Shown here: piece after piece, positions 18,243-27,447 of the stretch
Position numbering within the stretch: position 1 is the first letter of the stretch
Layout: each line of letters begins with the position of its first letter
Assembly: GCA_963664395.2 (NCBI GenBank)
Contig: OY761159.2
Location: forward strand, 1,056,001 to 1,120,000
Direction of reading: 5' to 3'
DNA: 64,000 nucleotides
DNA from: Candidatus Binatia bacterium
GTDB lineage: Bacteria > Desulfobacterota > Binatia > Bin18
Made by a program: the position numbers and the translations under genes
Notes under the pieces: generated by a model
Seen by the model: the letters and a program-made list of their open reading frames with translations, nothing else
Databases searched by the model: none
What the model was told of the DNA's origin: nothing

Positions 18243-19250
18243 ATGCGTCTAGGCCTTACCCTGACAGGCGACCAGCTGACAATGGAAGATATCGTACGTT
18301 TTGCCTGTCAGGCTGAGGGGGCAGGGTTTGATTCGGTGTGGGTGACCGAGGCCTGGCGTGAGGCTTTCGTTCCCCTCACTGCTATCGCCATGCAGACAGA
18401 ACGGGTACGCATTGGCACGGCCATCGCCCTGACTATGGCGCGCAGTCCCGTTCTTATGGAGCTCGCGGCAGCGGCTGTGGATGAAATTGCCAAGGGCCGC
18501 CTTGTTCTTGGCATTGGCCCTGGCCCCAAGGCGTGGAACGAAGACTGGCACGGAGTACGGTTCTACCCCCCGGCCGCGTATGTCCGCGAGTACGCAGAAA
18601 TACTGCGCCTGATGTGGACGGCTCACTCTGGAAAGAGCATAGACTACCAGGGCAAGTATATTCAGATTCGTAAGTATCAACGCTTTTACCGCCCCTACCG
18701 AGATCAGATCCCCATCTACTTTGGGGCGGTCATGCCCAAATTCCTGCGGGTCACCGGAGCTGTGGCTGACGGCCTGTGTGTTGCCGCCTGTAATACTCCA
18801 CGCTACATCGCCGATGTCGCGCGCCGCTATGTTGCCGAGGGGATGCAAGAAAGCCAGCGAGAGGCGGACACAGTGGGCTGCATGAGTTTGGTCATCTGTG
18901 CCGTTGATAAGGATAGGGAAAAAGCCAGACACAGAACAAAGCAACAGATTGCCTTTTACACCACCTTTCCCTACTACGATATTGTGCTGGATCAGCACGA
19001 TCTCGCCGAGGAAAAAACGCGGATTCGTGAGGCCTGGGCGCGGAATGACACCGCAGGGATGGTTGCCGGTGTCAGCGAGCAGATGGTGGACCTCATCTCT
19101 ATTGCCGGCACGCCACAGGAATGTCGGCAGGCCCTCTCCCGCTACGATGACGTGGTCGATGAGGTGTCTCTCTATTCGCCCAGTTTTGGGCTCAGCCGTG
19201 AGGAGATTCTCACAAATCACGAGGCTATCCTGGCAGCCTTTGGTCGCTAA
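18243..19250 (+). CDS. LLM-class flavin/F420-dependent oxidoreductase
   Basis: AE.AGFDSVWVTE, TERVRIGTAI, GRLVLGIG. Confidence 0.92.
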   Translation: MRLGLTLTGDQLTMEDIVRFACQAEGAGFDSVWVTEAWREAFVPLTAIAMQTERVRIGTAIALTMARSPVLMELAAAAVDEIAKGRLVLGIGPGPKAWNEDWHGVRFYPPAAYVREYAEILRLMWTAHSGKSIDYQGKYIQIRKYQRFYRPYRDQIPIYFGAVMPKFLRVTGAVADGLCVAACNTPRYIADVARRYVAEGMQESQREADTVGCMSLVICAVDKDREKARHRTKQQIAFYTTFPYYDIVLDQHDLAEEKTRIREAWARNDTAGMVAGVSEQMVDLISIAGTPQECRQALSRYDDVVDEVSLYSPSFGLSREEILTNHEAILAAFGR

Positions 19251-19302
19251 ACAGGAAAGCCGGCAATAGGGCTGTCAAGGGGCCGCCGTACGCTTCCTCT
19301 CA

Positions 19303-19854
19303 TCACCCGCCGGTCTTCATCTTGAACCGAAAGTCGCAGTAATTGGCGCCCTTCATGATCGTTTGCGTCCGGGTCATTGTGATTCCAGGACCTCCCACCG
19401 CTTCGATATCCACGTCCATCTCACACGTCAGCAGCGCTCCGAGCTCCGGTTCTCCCAACTGCCGGAAGAAATCCGCGTAGCGGCAGCTGGTGATATTGAA
19501 CTCCCAGGCGTCTGGCGCCTGCTTGAGCTCCTCAAGGTCCACGTCACGGCCGACCTGTTTAAAGAGGGCCTCATTAATGGTGTCCCATTTCTGCCGAGGA
19601 CTGCCGGGGAGCTGATCCCCAATGTCCAGGAAGAGCTTTCCCGACCACTCCCGGAGTGCCTGGCTGGCAATCTGGTTCGCTCGCGCCTCCCCCAACTCAG
19701 CCCGAAAGGCTCGGAGCACCGGCACAAGCACCTGAGCTTGAATCTTGACCTTTTCAAGCAGGGAGAGACCGGTTTTGCCAAACGCCGGCGCAAAAATATC
19801 CGGAGCAGCGTCCTCTTGCTGCGCGTTCGCTTTCAGATCATTGGTACTCGCCAT
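19303..19854 (-). CDS. L-2-amino-thiazoline-4-carboxylic acid hydrolase family protein
   Basis: FNITSCRYA.FF..LG.PELG..L.C..D, RTQTIM.GA..CDFRF. Confidence 0.82.
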   Translation of the reverse strand: MASTNDLKANAQQEDAAPDIFAPAFGKTGLSLLEKVKIQAQVLVPVLRAFRAELGEARANQIASQALREWSGKLFLDIGDQLPGSPRQKWDTINEALFKQVGRDVDLEELKQAPDAWEFNITSCRYADFFRQLGEPELGALLTCEMDVDIEAVGGPGITMTRTQTIMKGANYCDFRFKMKTGG

Positions 19855-20036
19855 GGCATTCCTCCTGTCTTAATGGGTTGCCCTACGGGCAGCCTGGTTA
19901 TGGCAGTACCAGAGCAAACTCTGAGGTGGCGTGTCAACGAGCAGAACGCAATGAGTTCTCCGCAGCTCTTGACGCAATTGATTTGCACAATCGATTTGAA
20001 AGATGCAGAAGGGCTGTGAGCGAGGGAGTGCCCCGC

Positions 20037-23000
20037 TCACTCCACATCCGTAATCACAAAATTCTGACTATTCTGTTGCCATTCCAGCGTGACCATCTCG
20101 CCCAGCATGGGAAAGTCCTCCACCACACATTCCCCCTCGGCGCCCCGCAGGAATTCGTGTCCCACGGTCGTGACCCACACCGTGGCCCGGCCTAACTCGA
20201 TGTCATCCACCCACGCTACCACCGGATGCTCGCCATCGCCCAACAGATTCCAGTTGAACAACAACCCAAACCCATTATCCACGTCTCCACACGCCCTCAG
20301 CGTGTCCCGCCGCTCCGTCCCATACCCCGCCTCCTGCCGCCCGAGGTGCCCAATCTCGATCTCCACCCGCTCCGCTGTACACACCCAGCCCGACAGCACC
20401 CCCACCCCACTCTGAAACGAGTTTACTCCCGGATTCTCCAGATACCCCGTCACGGTGGCAGACCTACCCCGAGTGGCCCCCACTAGGGGCCTCCCGCCCG
20501 CAATCACAAAGTTCTGCGTGTTCTGCTGCCACACCAATGTCACCGTCTCGCCCATCCTCGGGAAGTTCTCTACCTCACAGGTCCCGGCCACGTTCCGCAG
20601 AAACTCTACCCCCAGGGTCGTGACGGTGACGGTGGCACGGCTGAGTTCGACGTCATCCACGAGCGCCACGACTTCATGCTCCCCATCCTCCAACAGGTTC
20701 CAGTTGAATAACAATCCAAAGCCGTTATCGGTGTCGTCGCAGACGCCGGCGGTGTCCCGTCGCTCGGTGCCATAGGCCGCGACTTGCGGCGTGAAGGCAC
20801 CAATTTCGATCTCGACCCGGTTCGCCTCACATACCCAGCCCGAGAGCACCCCCACACCACTTTGGAAGGAATCGGCGCCCGGATTCTCCAGGTAGCCCAC
20901 CAGTAAACGCGTCTCCAACGCATAGTCCCCGGTCCGACTGCCATTCCCCTCCACGGCCACCACGACCGGCCCCGCCGCCACTCGGGTGCTCAGCCGAAAG
21001 TTCTGCCGCTCCCCGCCAGTATCCGCGCTCGCTAGTTCCTCGCCGTCCTGCCAGATTGTCCCCACGGTATCGGTCGAGCCAGTCGTCTCGACCACTAACA
21101 CCCCGGCCTGCGGCAGGCTGAATTGGAAATAATCGATATCGTCCGCCGTGTTGATCTGCCCGGCGGTCAAGGACGCCCAGGGGGTGATGCTGCCCAGCCG
21201 GACGCGGGTCGCTTGGGCGGGGGTATTGCCATGCAGGTCCCGGCGATCCTCCCCGCCACCGCCTGGTGGCGGTGGTGGCGGTGGCCTTCTTGCGGTCACC
21301 GTGACCGAGAAGGTCCGCGTCGTGGTCAGGCGGCCGGGATCGGTCGCCCGCACCGTCACCATGACCGTGAGACTCGGTCCCGCCGGTGCCAGCGTCAGCT
21401 GCGACCCGGCCAACGTCACCGCCGGGTCGGCGGGGCGCAACTGCATCGTGTAGGTCAGTGTATCGTCGTCGTTCGGATCGTCGAAGACATTATTCAGATC
21501 GATCGTCACCGGGTCGGCGCCCGACTCGAATGTCCGATCGGTCAGCGCGCTCGGCATCGTCACGGTCGGCGCTCGGTTGCGGTCTGCCACGGCGACGGCC
21601 ACCGTATTCACTGCGCCGGGTGCCATCACGATACCGGCGCCGGAATCACGATCAACGCCTGTCTCCTCAATGTCCAGGACCGCGGTCCCGGACGTCATTG
21701 CCGTGCGCAGTTCGGCCGGCGTGACCTTGGCCGGGCCGCCGGCCGCTTCCAGCATCAAGGCCGCAATCGCCGCCGCGTGCGGCGCCGCCGCCGAGGTACC
21801 CCTGAACGTCGAAAACCTGGGCGTCGAGGTCGAGACGTCGTCGGCCGCGGCCAGGTCCGGCTTCTTCAGCACCGCCGTGTTCGGCGTACCATCGGCTTCA
21901 AAGAACATCTGCCGCGGCCCGTCCGAGCTGAACGTCTCGACCGACTCCGTGCCGTTGAAGGCACGGTCCAAGCCGGCCGCGCTGACCGCCGCCACCCCCA
22001 CCGCATCCTGCGAGGCCGGATGGCCGAAGGTCTGACCGACCGTCGTGATCGCCAACCCGCCTCGCGCGTAGTTGAGACGCAGATAGCGATCCGCCGCACC
22101 CGCGTTCTTGACAATGACGAGGCGAGTCCCGACGCGATCGTTGGCGCACGAACCGCTGATGAACTCGATGGGGTCCTGGTTGCCGTCCTGTGTGTTCGTC
22201 GAGCTGGCAAGGACGTTGTTATCCGCATCAATGAGAAACAGGTCGTAGTCGTTGGCCGATTTTCCCCACGGGTCGGTCCACTGCAAGACGATGGGGAGGA
22301 AGCTGTCCTTCACGATTGCATTCCGGGTCACGTCATTGTCGGGGTCGAGGTCGAAGTCGTGGTAGACGGCACCCGTGGGGACGCCGTTCAGGATCAGCTC
22401 CGGCCCGGCGACGAAGTCGCCCTCCCAGACGCCGGACGTGCTGTCGTTCAGGTTGCCGCCGTTGCCGGCCGCCGAGAAGTAGTAGCAGCCGTCGGCAACC
22501 ACGCTGCTGACCGCCTGGGCGATGACGCCGTCCTGGAAGGCCGGTGCCAGCAGATACCCGATGTCGTCGACGATAACGTTGGCGCCGGCCGCGCAGAGAT
22601 CCTCGATGTTCTGCGCCATCTGCGCCGCCCCGTTGATGCCGGTCGCGAAAAACAACTCGGCGCCCGGCGCAAGATCGTGCACGATCTCTAACATGGCCGT
22701 CCCCTCGGTTCCCTTGCTCCTCCGGTTGCAGGACAACGAAATCGCACCGCCCGCCTGCCCGGGCAGGACCGTGACCCCGGCCGGCACCTCGCCCGTCGCC
22801 TGCTGCGCGGCGAGCGCATCCACGCCATCCGAGAGCACCCCGACGCTGATGCCCGTGCCGTCCACACCGTGCGTACTGCGCGCCACGTTCGCCTGGTGGG
22901 CGACATCGCCCTCCCTAAGGGGAGTGTTATTGCTTACCGCCACCATTGCCTGAGCAACAGCTGAGCGCTCCAGCACCTGGTGCGTGATGGGCTGGTCGGC

Positions 23001-23477
23001 GGGCCGAATGGACTGGACGGCCTCAAGCGTGGCGAGCGGCTCCAGAGCGGAGAACGGCAGCTGCGCCCGGATGGCCCGGTATTTCGGCACGCTGCTCAGC
23101 ACCGTGCCGCCCAAATCCTGGATGCGCGCCAGCACTGCGGGCGTCACGTCCGCCCGGATGTCTACCGTGACCACCGCGTCCTCGACATCCGTGGTCGGGG
23201 CCTGCTTGTCCTTGACGCCGGCGCCCGGTGCCTGCCGGCGCGCGACGCCCTCCGACGGCTGGGCACTCCCTGTCGCGTCCAGGAGTTGGGAACTCAGCTT
23301 CCGTTGGGCCGGCGTCCGCTGCGCTTTGGCCTCCAGGATGGACGCAATCGACTGGCTGGCCGGCTGGGCACGGCTGAGATCGGCCCACACCAGGACCGCG
23401 CCGACCGCTACCACTGCCCCGAGGAGCCCCATACCACGGGCTCCTGCCCTGAGTCCTGTCATATCTGGTCGCTTCAT
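20037..23477 (-). CDS. secreted S8/S53-like serine protease with shared C-terminal module
   Basis: Signal-like N-terminus; propeptide; VGVLSDG, EGTAMLEIVHDLAPGA, SAAGN, GTSAAAPH; Ig-like domain, poly-Pro linker, PPC-like domain, 2x GYLENPG domain. Confidence 0.88.
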   Translation of the reverse strand: MKRPDMTGLRAGARGMGLLGAVVAVGAVLVWADLSRAQPASQSIASILEAKAQRTPAQRKLSSQLLDATGSAQPSEGVARRQAPGAGVKDKQAPTTDVEDAVVTVDIRADVTPAVLARIQDLGGTVLSSVPKYRAIRAQLPFSALEPLATLEAVQSIRPADQPITHQVLERSAVAQAMVAVSNNTPLREGDVAHQANVARSTHGVDGTGISVGVLSDGVDALAAQQATGEVPAGVTVLPGQAGGAISLSCNRRSKGTEGTAMLEIVHDLAPGAELFFATGINGAAQMAQNIEDLCAAGANVIVDDIGYLLAPAFQDGVIAQAVSSVVADGCYYFSAAGNGGNLNDSTSGVWEGDFVAGPELILNGVPTGAVYHDFDLDPDNDVTRNAIVKDSFLPIVLQWTDPWGKSANDYDLFLIDADNNVLASSTNTQDGNQDPIEFISGSCANDRVGTRLVIVKNAGAADRYLRLNYARGGLAITTVGQTFGHPASQDAVGVAAVSAAGLDRAFNGTESVETFSSDGPRQMFFEADGTPNTAVLKKPDLAAADDVSTSTPRFSTFRGTSAAAPHAAAIAALMLEAAGGPAKVTPAELRTAMTSGTAVLDIEETGVDRDSGAGIVMAPGAVNTVAVAVADRNRAPTVTMPSALTDRTFESGADPVTIDLNNVFDDPNDDDTLTYTMQLRPADPAVTLAGSQLTLAPAGPSLTVMVTVRATDPGRLTTTRTFSVTVTARRPPPPPPPGGGGEDRRDLHGNTPAQATRVRLGSITPWASLTAGQINTADDIDYFQFSLPQAGVLVVETTGSTDTVGTIWQDGEELASADTGGERQNFRLSTRVAAGPVVVAVEGNGSRTGDYALETRLLVGYLENPGADSFQSGVGVLSGWVCEANRVEIEIGAFTPQVAAYGTERRDTAGVCDDTDNGFGLLFNWNLLEDGEHEVVALVDDVELSRATVTVTTLGVEFLRNVAGTCEVENFPRMGETVTLVWQQNTQNFVIAGGRPLVGATRGRSATVTGYLENPGVNSFQSGVGVLSGWVCTAERVEIEIGHLGRQEAGYGTERRDTLRACGDVDNGFGLLFNWNLLGDGEHPVVAWVDDIELGRATVWVTTVGHEFLRGAEGECVVEDFPMLGEMVTLEWQQNSQNFVITDVE

Positions 23478-23560
23478 CCCCGCTCCACGCCTTGGAACAT
23501 ATCTCTGACTTCTCTCCAAGGCGAGACAACGGGAGAAACACGAGCGGCACGCCGGCGCGC

Positions 23561-24091
23561 TCAGTCTGTTGGGCACGAACCGCGCGTCTGCGCCTCGTCG
23601 GCGGGACGGATCGACTGAACCGCGTCGAGCGTGGCGAGCGATTCCAGGGCGGAGAGGGGCAGCCGGGCCCGGATGGCCCGGTATTGCGGGACGCTGTTCA
23701 GCACTGTGCCGCCCAAATCCCGGATGCGGGCCAGTACCGCCGGCGTCACCTCGGCCCGGATGTCGACTTTTACCCATTCGTCCGCAGCTGGCTGACCCCG
23801 CCCTGTCCGCCACGCGTCGAGCAGGTGCGAACTCAGCTTCCGCTGCGCCGCCGTCCGCTGGGCCTTCTGGATAAGCAGCGCCTCGATCTGACGCTCGGTC
23901 GTCTGCGGCAGTGTGCCTCCAGGCTGCGCTGGCGCTGACTGCGCGCGAACGGGGCCGACCCACAGCAGGGGCACGCCTACCGCCCCCAGTAGCCCCCAGG
24001 TCAGTCTGACCCATGTCCTGCGTGTTTGGGCTATTTTTCCATCCTCAATGAGAAAGTCGATACTCTCCAACAGGGAAGGCTTTGAACTCAT
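23561..24091 (-). CDS. stand-alone homolog of the protease propeptide (secreted)
   Basis: KAQRT.AQRKLSS.LLDA...VDIRA.VTPAVLARI.DLGGTVL.SVP.YRAIRA.LP.SALE.LATL.AVQSIRPAD shared with the downstream protease; stops 12 residues later. Confidence 0.7.
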   Translation of the reverse strand: MSSKPSLLESIDFLIEDGKIAQTRRTWVRLTWGLLGAVGVPLLWVGPVRAQSAPAQPGGTLPQTTERQIEALLIQKAQRTAAQRKLSSHLLDAWRTGRGQPAADEWVKVDIRAEVTPAVLARIRDLGGTVLNSVPQYRAIRARLPLSALESLATLDAVQSIRPADEAQTRGSCPTD

Positions 24092-24128
24092 CCGGATGAA
24101 TGTAGCGTCCTCCTGCCGGCTACCGTCC

Positions 24129-27100
24129 TTACTCCACTGCGGTGATGATAAAATTCTGACTGGTCTGCTGCCACTCTAATAGCACACTCTGCCCCAGGCG
24201 GGGGAAGTCCTCTACCACACACTCCCCCTCAGCTCCCCGTAGGAATTCGTATCCCAGGGTGGTCACTCGCACCGTGGCCCGGCCCAGTTCGACGTTATCC
24301 ACGTAGGCGATAACCGTATGCTCTCCATCCCTCAGCCGGTTCCAGTTGAATAACAACCCAAAGCCGTTGTCCGTGTCCCCACACATTTCCTCGGTGTCCG
24401 CCCGCTCCGTCCCATAGCCAGCCGCAAGCCGTTCCGTCTCGCCACTCTCGGTCCCGATTTCGATCTCCACCGCCTCCGCTTCGCATACCCAGCCCGAGAG
24501 CACGCCAATGCCACTCTGAAAGGAGTTGGGGCCCGGATTCTCCAGGTATCCTACGTCTGCCGCCCCGGCCCGGTTCTCCCCGCTCGGCGCCGCTCCGCTC
24601 GCGATCACAAAGTTCTGCTTGCTCTCCTGCCATACCAGCGTCACCGTCTCGCCCAGACTCGGGAAGTCCTCCACCTCACACTCGCCCGCGACCCCCCGCA
24701 CAAACTCCTGCCCCAGGGTTGTCACCGTGACCGTCGCCCGGTCCAGTTCGACATCATCGACCAAGGCCACAACCGTATGGGGCCCGTCGCTCAGCCGACT
24801 CCAGTTAAACAACAGCCCAAAGCCGTTGTTGGTGTCCCCACAATCTCCTTGCGTGTCCGCCCGGTCCGTCCCATAGGCCGCTACGTGGTGCTCGGTGTCA
24901 TCAATCACAAGCTCCACCGTCTCCGCTTCACACACCCAGCCCGAGAGCACCCCCACACCACTTTGGAACGAGTCCGGGCCGGGATTCTCCAGATACCCCG
25001 GCACAAAGGTGACGACTAACTCGTAAGCGCCGGTCGCTCCCCCCTGTCCCTGCACAGCCACGACGACTGTTCCGGCCTGCACGGGGGCGCCAAGCCGGAC
25101 GGCCTGCCGACTGCCCGTGGGGCCGGTCGCCACGACCGCCCCGTCTTGCCAGATCGTACCCCTGAGATTCACTCCGCCGGTGGTGTCCACAAAGACCAAC
25201 CCTCGGCCTGGGGCAGTGACGGTAAAATAATCCCGGTCTGCGGCTAGACAGATGGCTCCGGAAGTCATTGTGTCCAGGGCAATGTCAGTGGCCTGTGCAG
25301 CGCTGTTGCCGTGCACGTCCTCTGCACAGGCGGGACCGCCCCCTCTACCACCGCCCGGTCCTGGTGGCGGTGGCGGCGGTGGCGGTGGCGGCAGGGGACG
25401 AGTCAACTCCGCAATCGTCACGACCGTAGTAGCGGGGTCACCCACCTCCATCCTGGCCGGCAGCGGGCTGCCGAACCCGAATTCTGCCAACTCGCCGGCG
25501 TCATCTGCTACAGCGTCGTCATGGACCGTGACGGTAAAGGTCTTCTCAAGCGGCTCGTCGCGCGAGAAGATCACGACGGGTACCTGCGTATAGCCATCTT
25601 CATACGGGACCACCACATAGCCGTCCGGGACCACCGCATAGTCGTCATACGTTATGCCGTCTCGGTTCGTTGCCGTCAGCAGAATCTTCACCCCGCGTTC
25701 CGGGTCCTTGTCCAGCTTCACGGTGACCGTCGCCGTCCTGCCCTCGTAGCGAACGGCGCCGAAGGACACGACGACACTTGGTGGCCTCACCAACCGGTCG
25801 GTAATATCCGGCGCGTTGTTACCGACCAAGTCCCGGACGGGCGTCGCCGCCATTCCGTCCGGCGCCGTGTAACTCAACCTGACCCCGTCGCTCGCTTCGA
25901 CCGGAGTGAGGAGTGTCAACGTGACCGTACTGTCGGCTATCGAAACGTCTGTGACCTCGACCGCCACACCCTCGACAGTCACCGCAAACGCATCGGATGC
26001 CGGTACCGAACTCTCATCCAGCATTTCGTCATAGCGCACCGTCAGCGTCGCGCCGTTGACTAGAAGAAAATCATCGTTGCCAAAATCCAAATATGGCTGG
26101 ACTCCATCCACCTTGTGGGCCTCAGTGTCCGTCAGTGCATCGAGAATCAGCAGCGCATCATGGTTGTCGCTGTCGCGGATGGTTCCGTCGTGCAGGTGCA
26201 GCGCGTCGGCGGCGATGCTCAACCCGTCGGGGGCTTCGTCCCCGACCGGCGGAACGTCGTACCCGAGGAAGCGCAGGATACCCGCAGTGAAGCGGTCGAC
26301 GCCCTCGGCTACGGCATATCTGAACACCAGGGCCGTCGTCCCCGACCCAGTCACGTATGGCGCGACTCGCTCATAGGGGCCACTGCTGTCGAACGTGAGC
26401 AAGAGGTGCGGTGTGCCCGTGACCGTTACGCTCTCGCTGAACGTCACCCTGAGCTCGATCACCTCCCCGGCGGCGTAGGTTTGTCGGGCTGCGGGCGTCG
26501 AGTTGATCTCCAGGCTGCTCACATACGGAGCGGAGGTCGTCACTGCGTGGTCGATCAACGCCGCTACGATATTGCCCGCCTTGTCCCGGATGGGACGAGT
26601 TCCCACGGTATAACTCAACATCACCTGATAACTCAACGTCACCCAGTCGGTTGGCGCCACCGCCGAAGCGAGGGTGAGCGTGACGGCACGGTCGCTTATC
26701 GAGACGGCGCTCACATCACGCCTCACGTTGTTCACCATCACCGTATAGGCGCTGGCTGGCGTCTGCGAATATTTCCAGAGCGTTTCGCTGTAGGTCAGCA
26801 CGAGGTGGGCGCCGTGCACCGCCGCCGCCCAGAGGACCGGCGTGATGCCGTCAACCCTTTTATCATACAGATCCTCATGCGCCTCGTGCGCCAGGTCTGC
26901 GTCGATGTCGGTATTGTTCTTTTTAATGCTGCCGCCGTTCAACTTGAGCGCGTTGGCGTCAATCGTAGTCTCGGGGGCTTCGTCGGTGTCCGCGACGGTG
27001 TAGCGGAAAACCAGGTCCGTCGAGGGCGGGCCGCTTTGATAGTCGGCTTGGCGGGTCATGGAACCGAGGGTCAGGGCGATTTGCGGCGTGCCGGTGACGG

Positions 27101-27329
27101 CCACCTCCTCGCTGAACGTCACGGTCACTTCGATGATGTCGTCAAGTTTATAACCATATAACCCGTCCGTGAACGCGACATTCTCGACCCTCGGCATGTC
27201 TGTCTGGCCCTCGACGGCGGGCGGGGACAGCACCGCCAGCAGCATAAATGTGACGGCGGCAAGGGACCGGTGTGAGTAACGGCACAGTGACATTATTCCG
27301 ACCACTTCGTCATCGAAGGACAGCCTCAT
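24129..27329 (-). CDS. large secreted/surface protein with 2x (Ig-like + SwmB-like) repeats and shared C-terminal module
   Basis: Signal peptide; duplicated VTFSE.V.VTGTP...LVFRY.V and LT.Y.E.L...VTLTL...V.LSY units; poly-Pro linker; PPC-like domain; 2x GYLENPG domain. Confidence 0.85.
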   Translation of the reverse strand: MRLSFDDEVVGIMSLCRYSHRSLAAVTFMLLAVLSPPAVEGQTDMPRVENVAFTDGLYGYKLDDIIEVTVTFSEEVAVTGTPQIALTLGSMTRQADYQSGPPSTDLVFRYTVADTDEAPETTIDANALKLNGGSIKKNNTDIDADLAHEAHEDLYDKRVDGITPVLWAAAVHGAHLVLTYSETLWKYSQTPASAYTVMVNNVRRDVSAVSISDRAVTLTLASAVAPTDWVTLSYQVMLSYTVGTRPIRDKAGNIVAALIDHAVTTSAPYVSSLEINSTPAARQTYAAGEVIELRVTFSESVTVTGTPHLLLTFDSSGPYERVAPYVTGSGTTALVFRYAVAEGVDRFTAGILRFLGYDVPPVGDEAPDGLSIAADALHLHDGTIRDSDNHDALLILDALTDTEAHKVDGVQPYLDFGNDDFLLVNGATLTVRYDEMLDESSVPASDAFAVTVEGVAVEVTDVSIADSTVTLTLLTPVEASDGVRLSYTAPDGMAATPVRDLVGNNAPDITDRLVRPPSVVVSFGAVRYEGRTATVTVKLDKDPERGVKILLTATNRDGITYDDYAVVPDGYVVVPYEDGYTQVPVVIFSRDEPLEKTFTVTVHDDAVADDAGELAEFGFGSPLPARMEVGDPATTVVTIAELTRPLPPPPPPPPPPGPGGGRGGGPACAEDVHGNSAAQATDIALDTMTSGAICLAADRDYFTVTAPGRGLVFVDTTGGVNLRGTIWQDGAVVATGPTGSRQAVRLGAPVQAGTVVVAVQGQGGATGAYELVVTFVPGYLENPGPDSFQSGVGVLSGWVCEAETVELVIDDTEHHVAAYGTDRADTQGDCGDTNNGFGLLFNWSRLSDGPHTVVALVDDVELDRATVTVTTLGQEFVRGVAGECEVEDFPSLGETVTLVWQESKQNFVIASGAAPSGENRAGAADVGYLENPGPNSFQSGIGVLSGWVCEAEAVEIEIGTESGETERLAAGYGTERADTEEMCGDTDNGFGLLFNWNRLRDGEHTVIAYVDNVELGRATVRVTTLGYEFLRGAEGECVVEDFPRLGQSVLLEWQQTSQNFIITAVE

Positions 27330-27397
27330 AGACCACCTCCTCCTGTACCGGCAATCATACGCGTCGTTTCCCTGGCTGATGCGTACTGTAAGTATAT

Positions 27398-27437
27398 GTC
27401 GCAGGGCCTGTCCTGAGCGTGTCGCAGGGCCGGGGTG
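27398..27437. repeat. REP-like element related to 10268-10303
   Basis: GGCCTGTCCTGAGCGTGTCGCAGGGCCGGGGTG versus GGCCTGTCCTGAGCCTAGTCGAAGGGCCGGGGTG. Confidence 0.65.
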
Positions 27438-27447
27438 AGCAGGTCCT

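Noticed and set aside
23478-24014. N-terminal extension of the 1325-aa ORF
   Set aside because: Alternative frame over the propeptide gene; the signal peptide begins at about 23477
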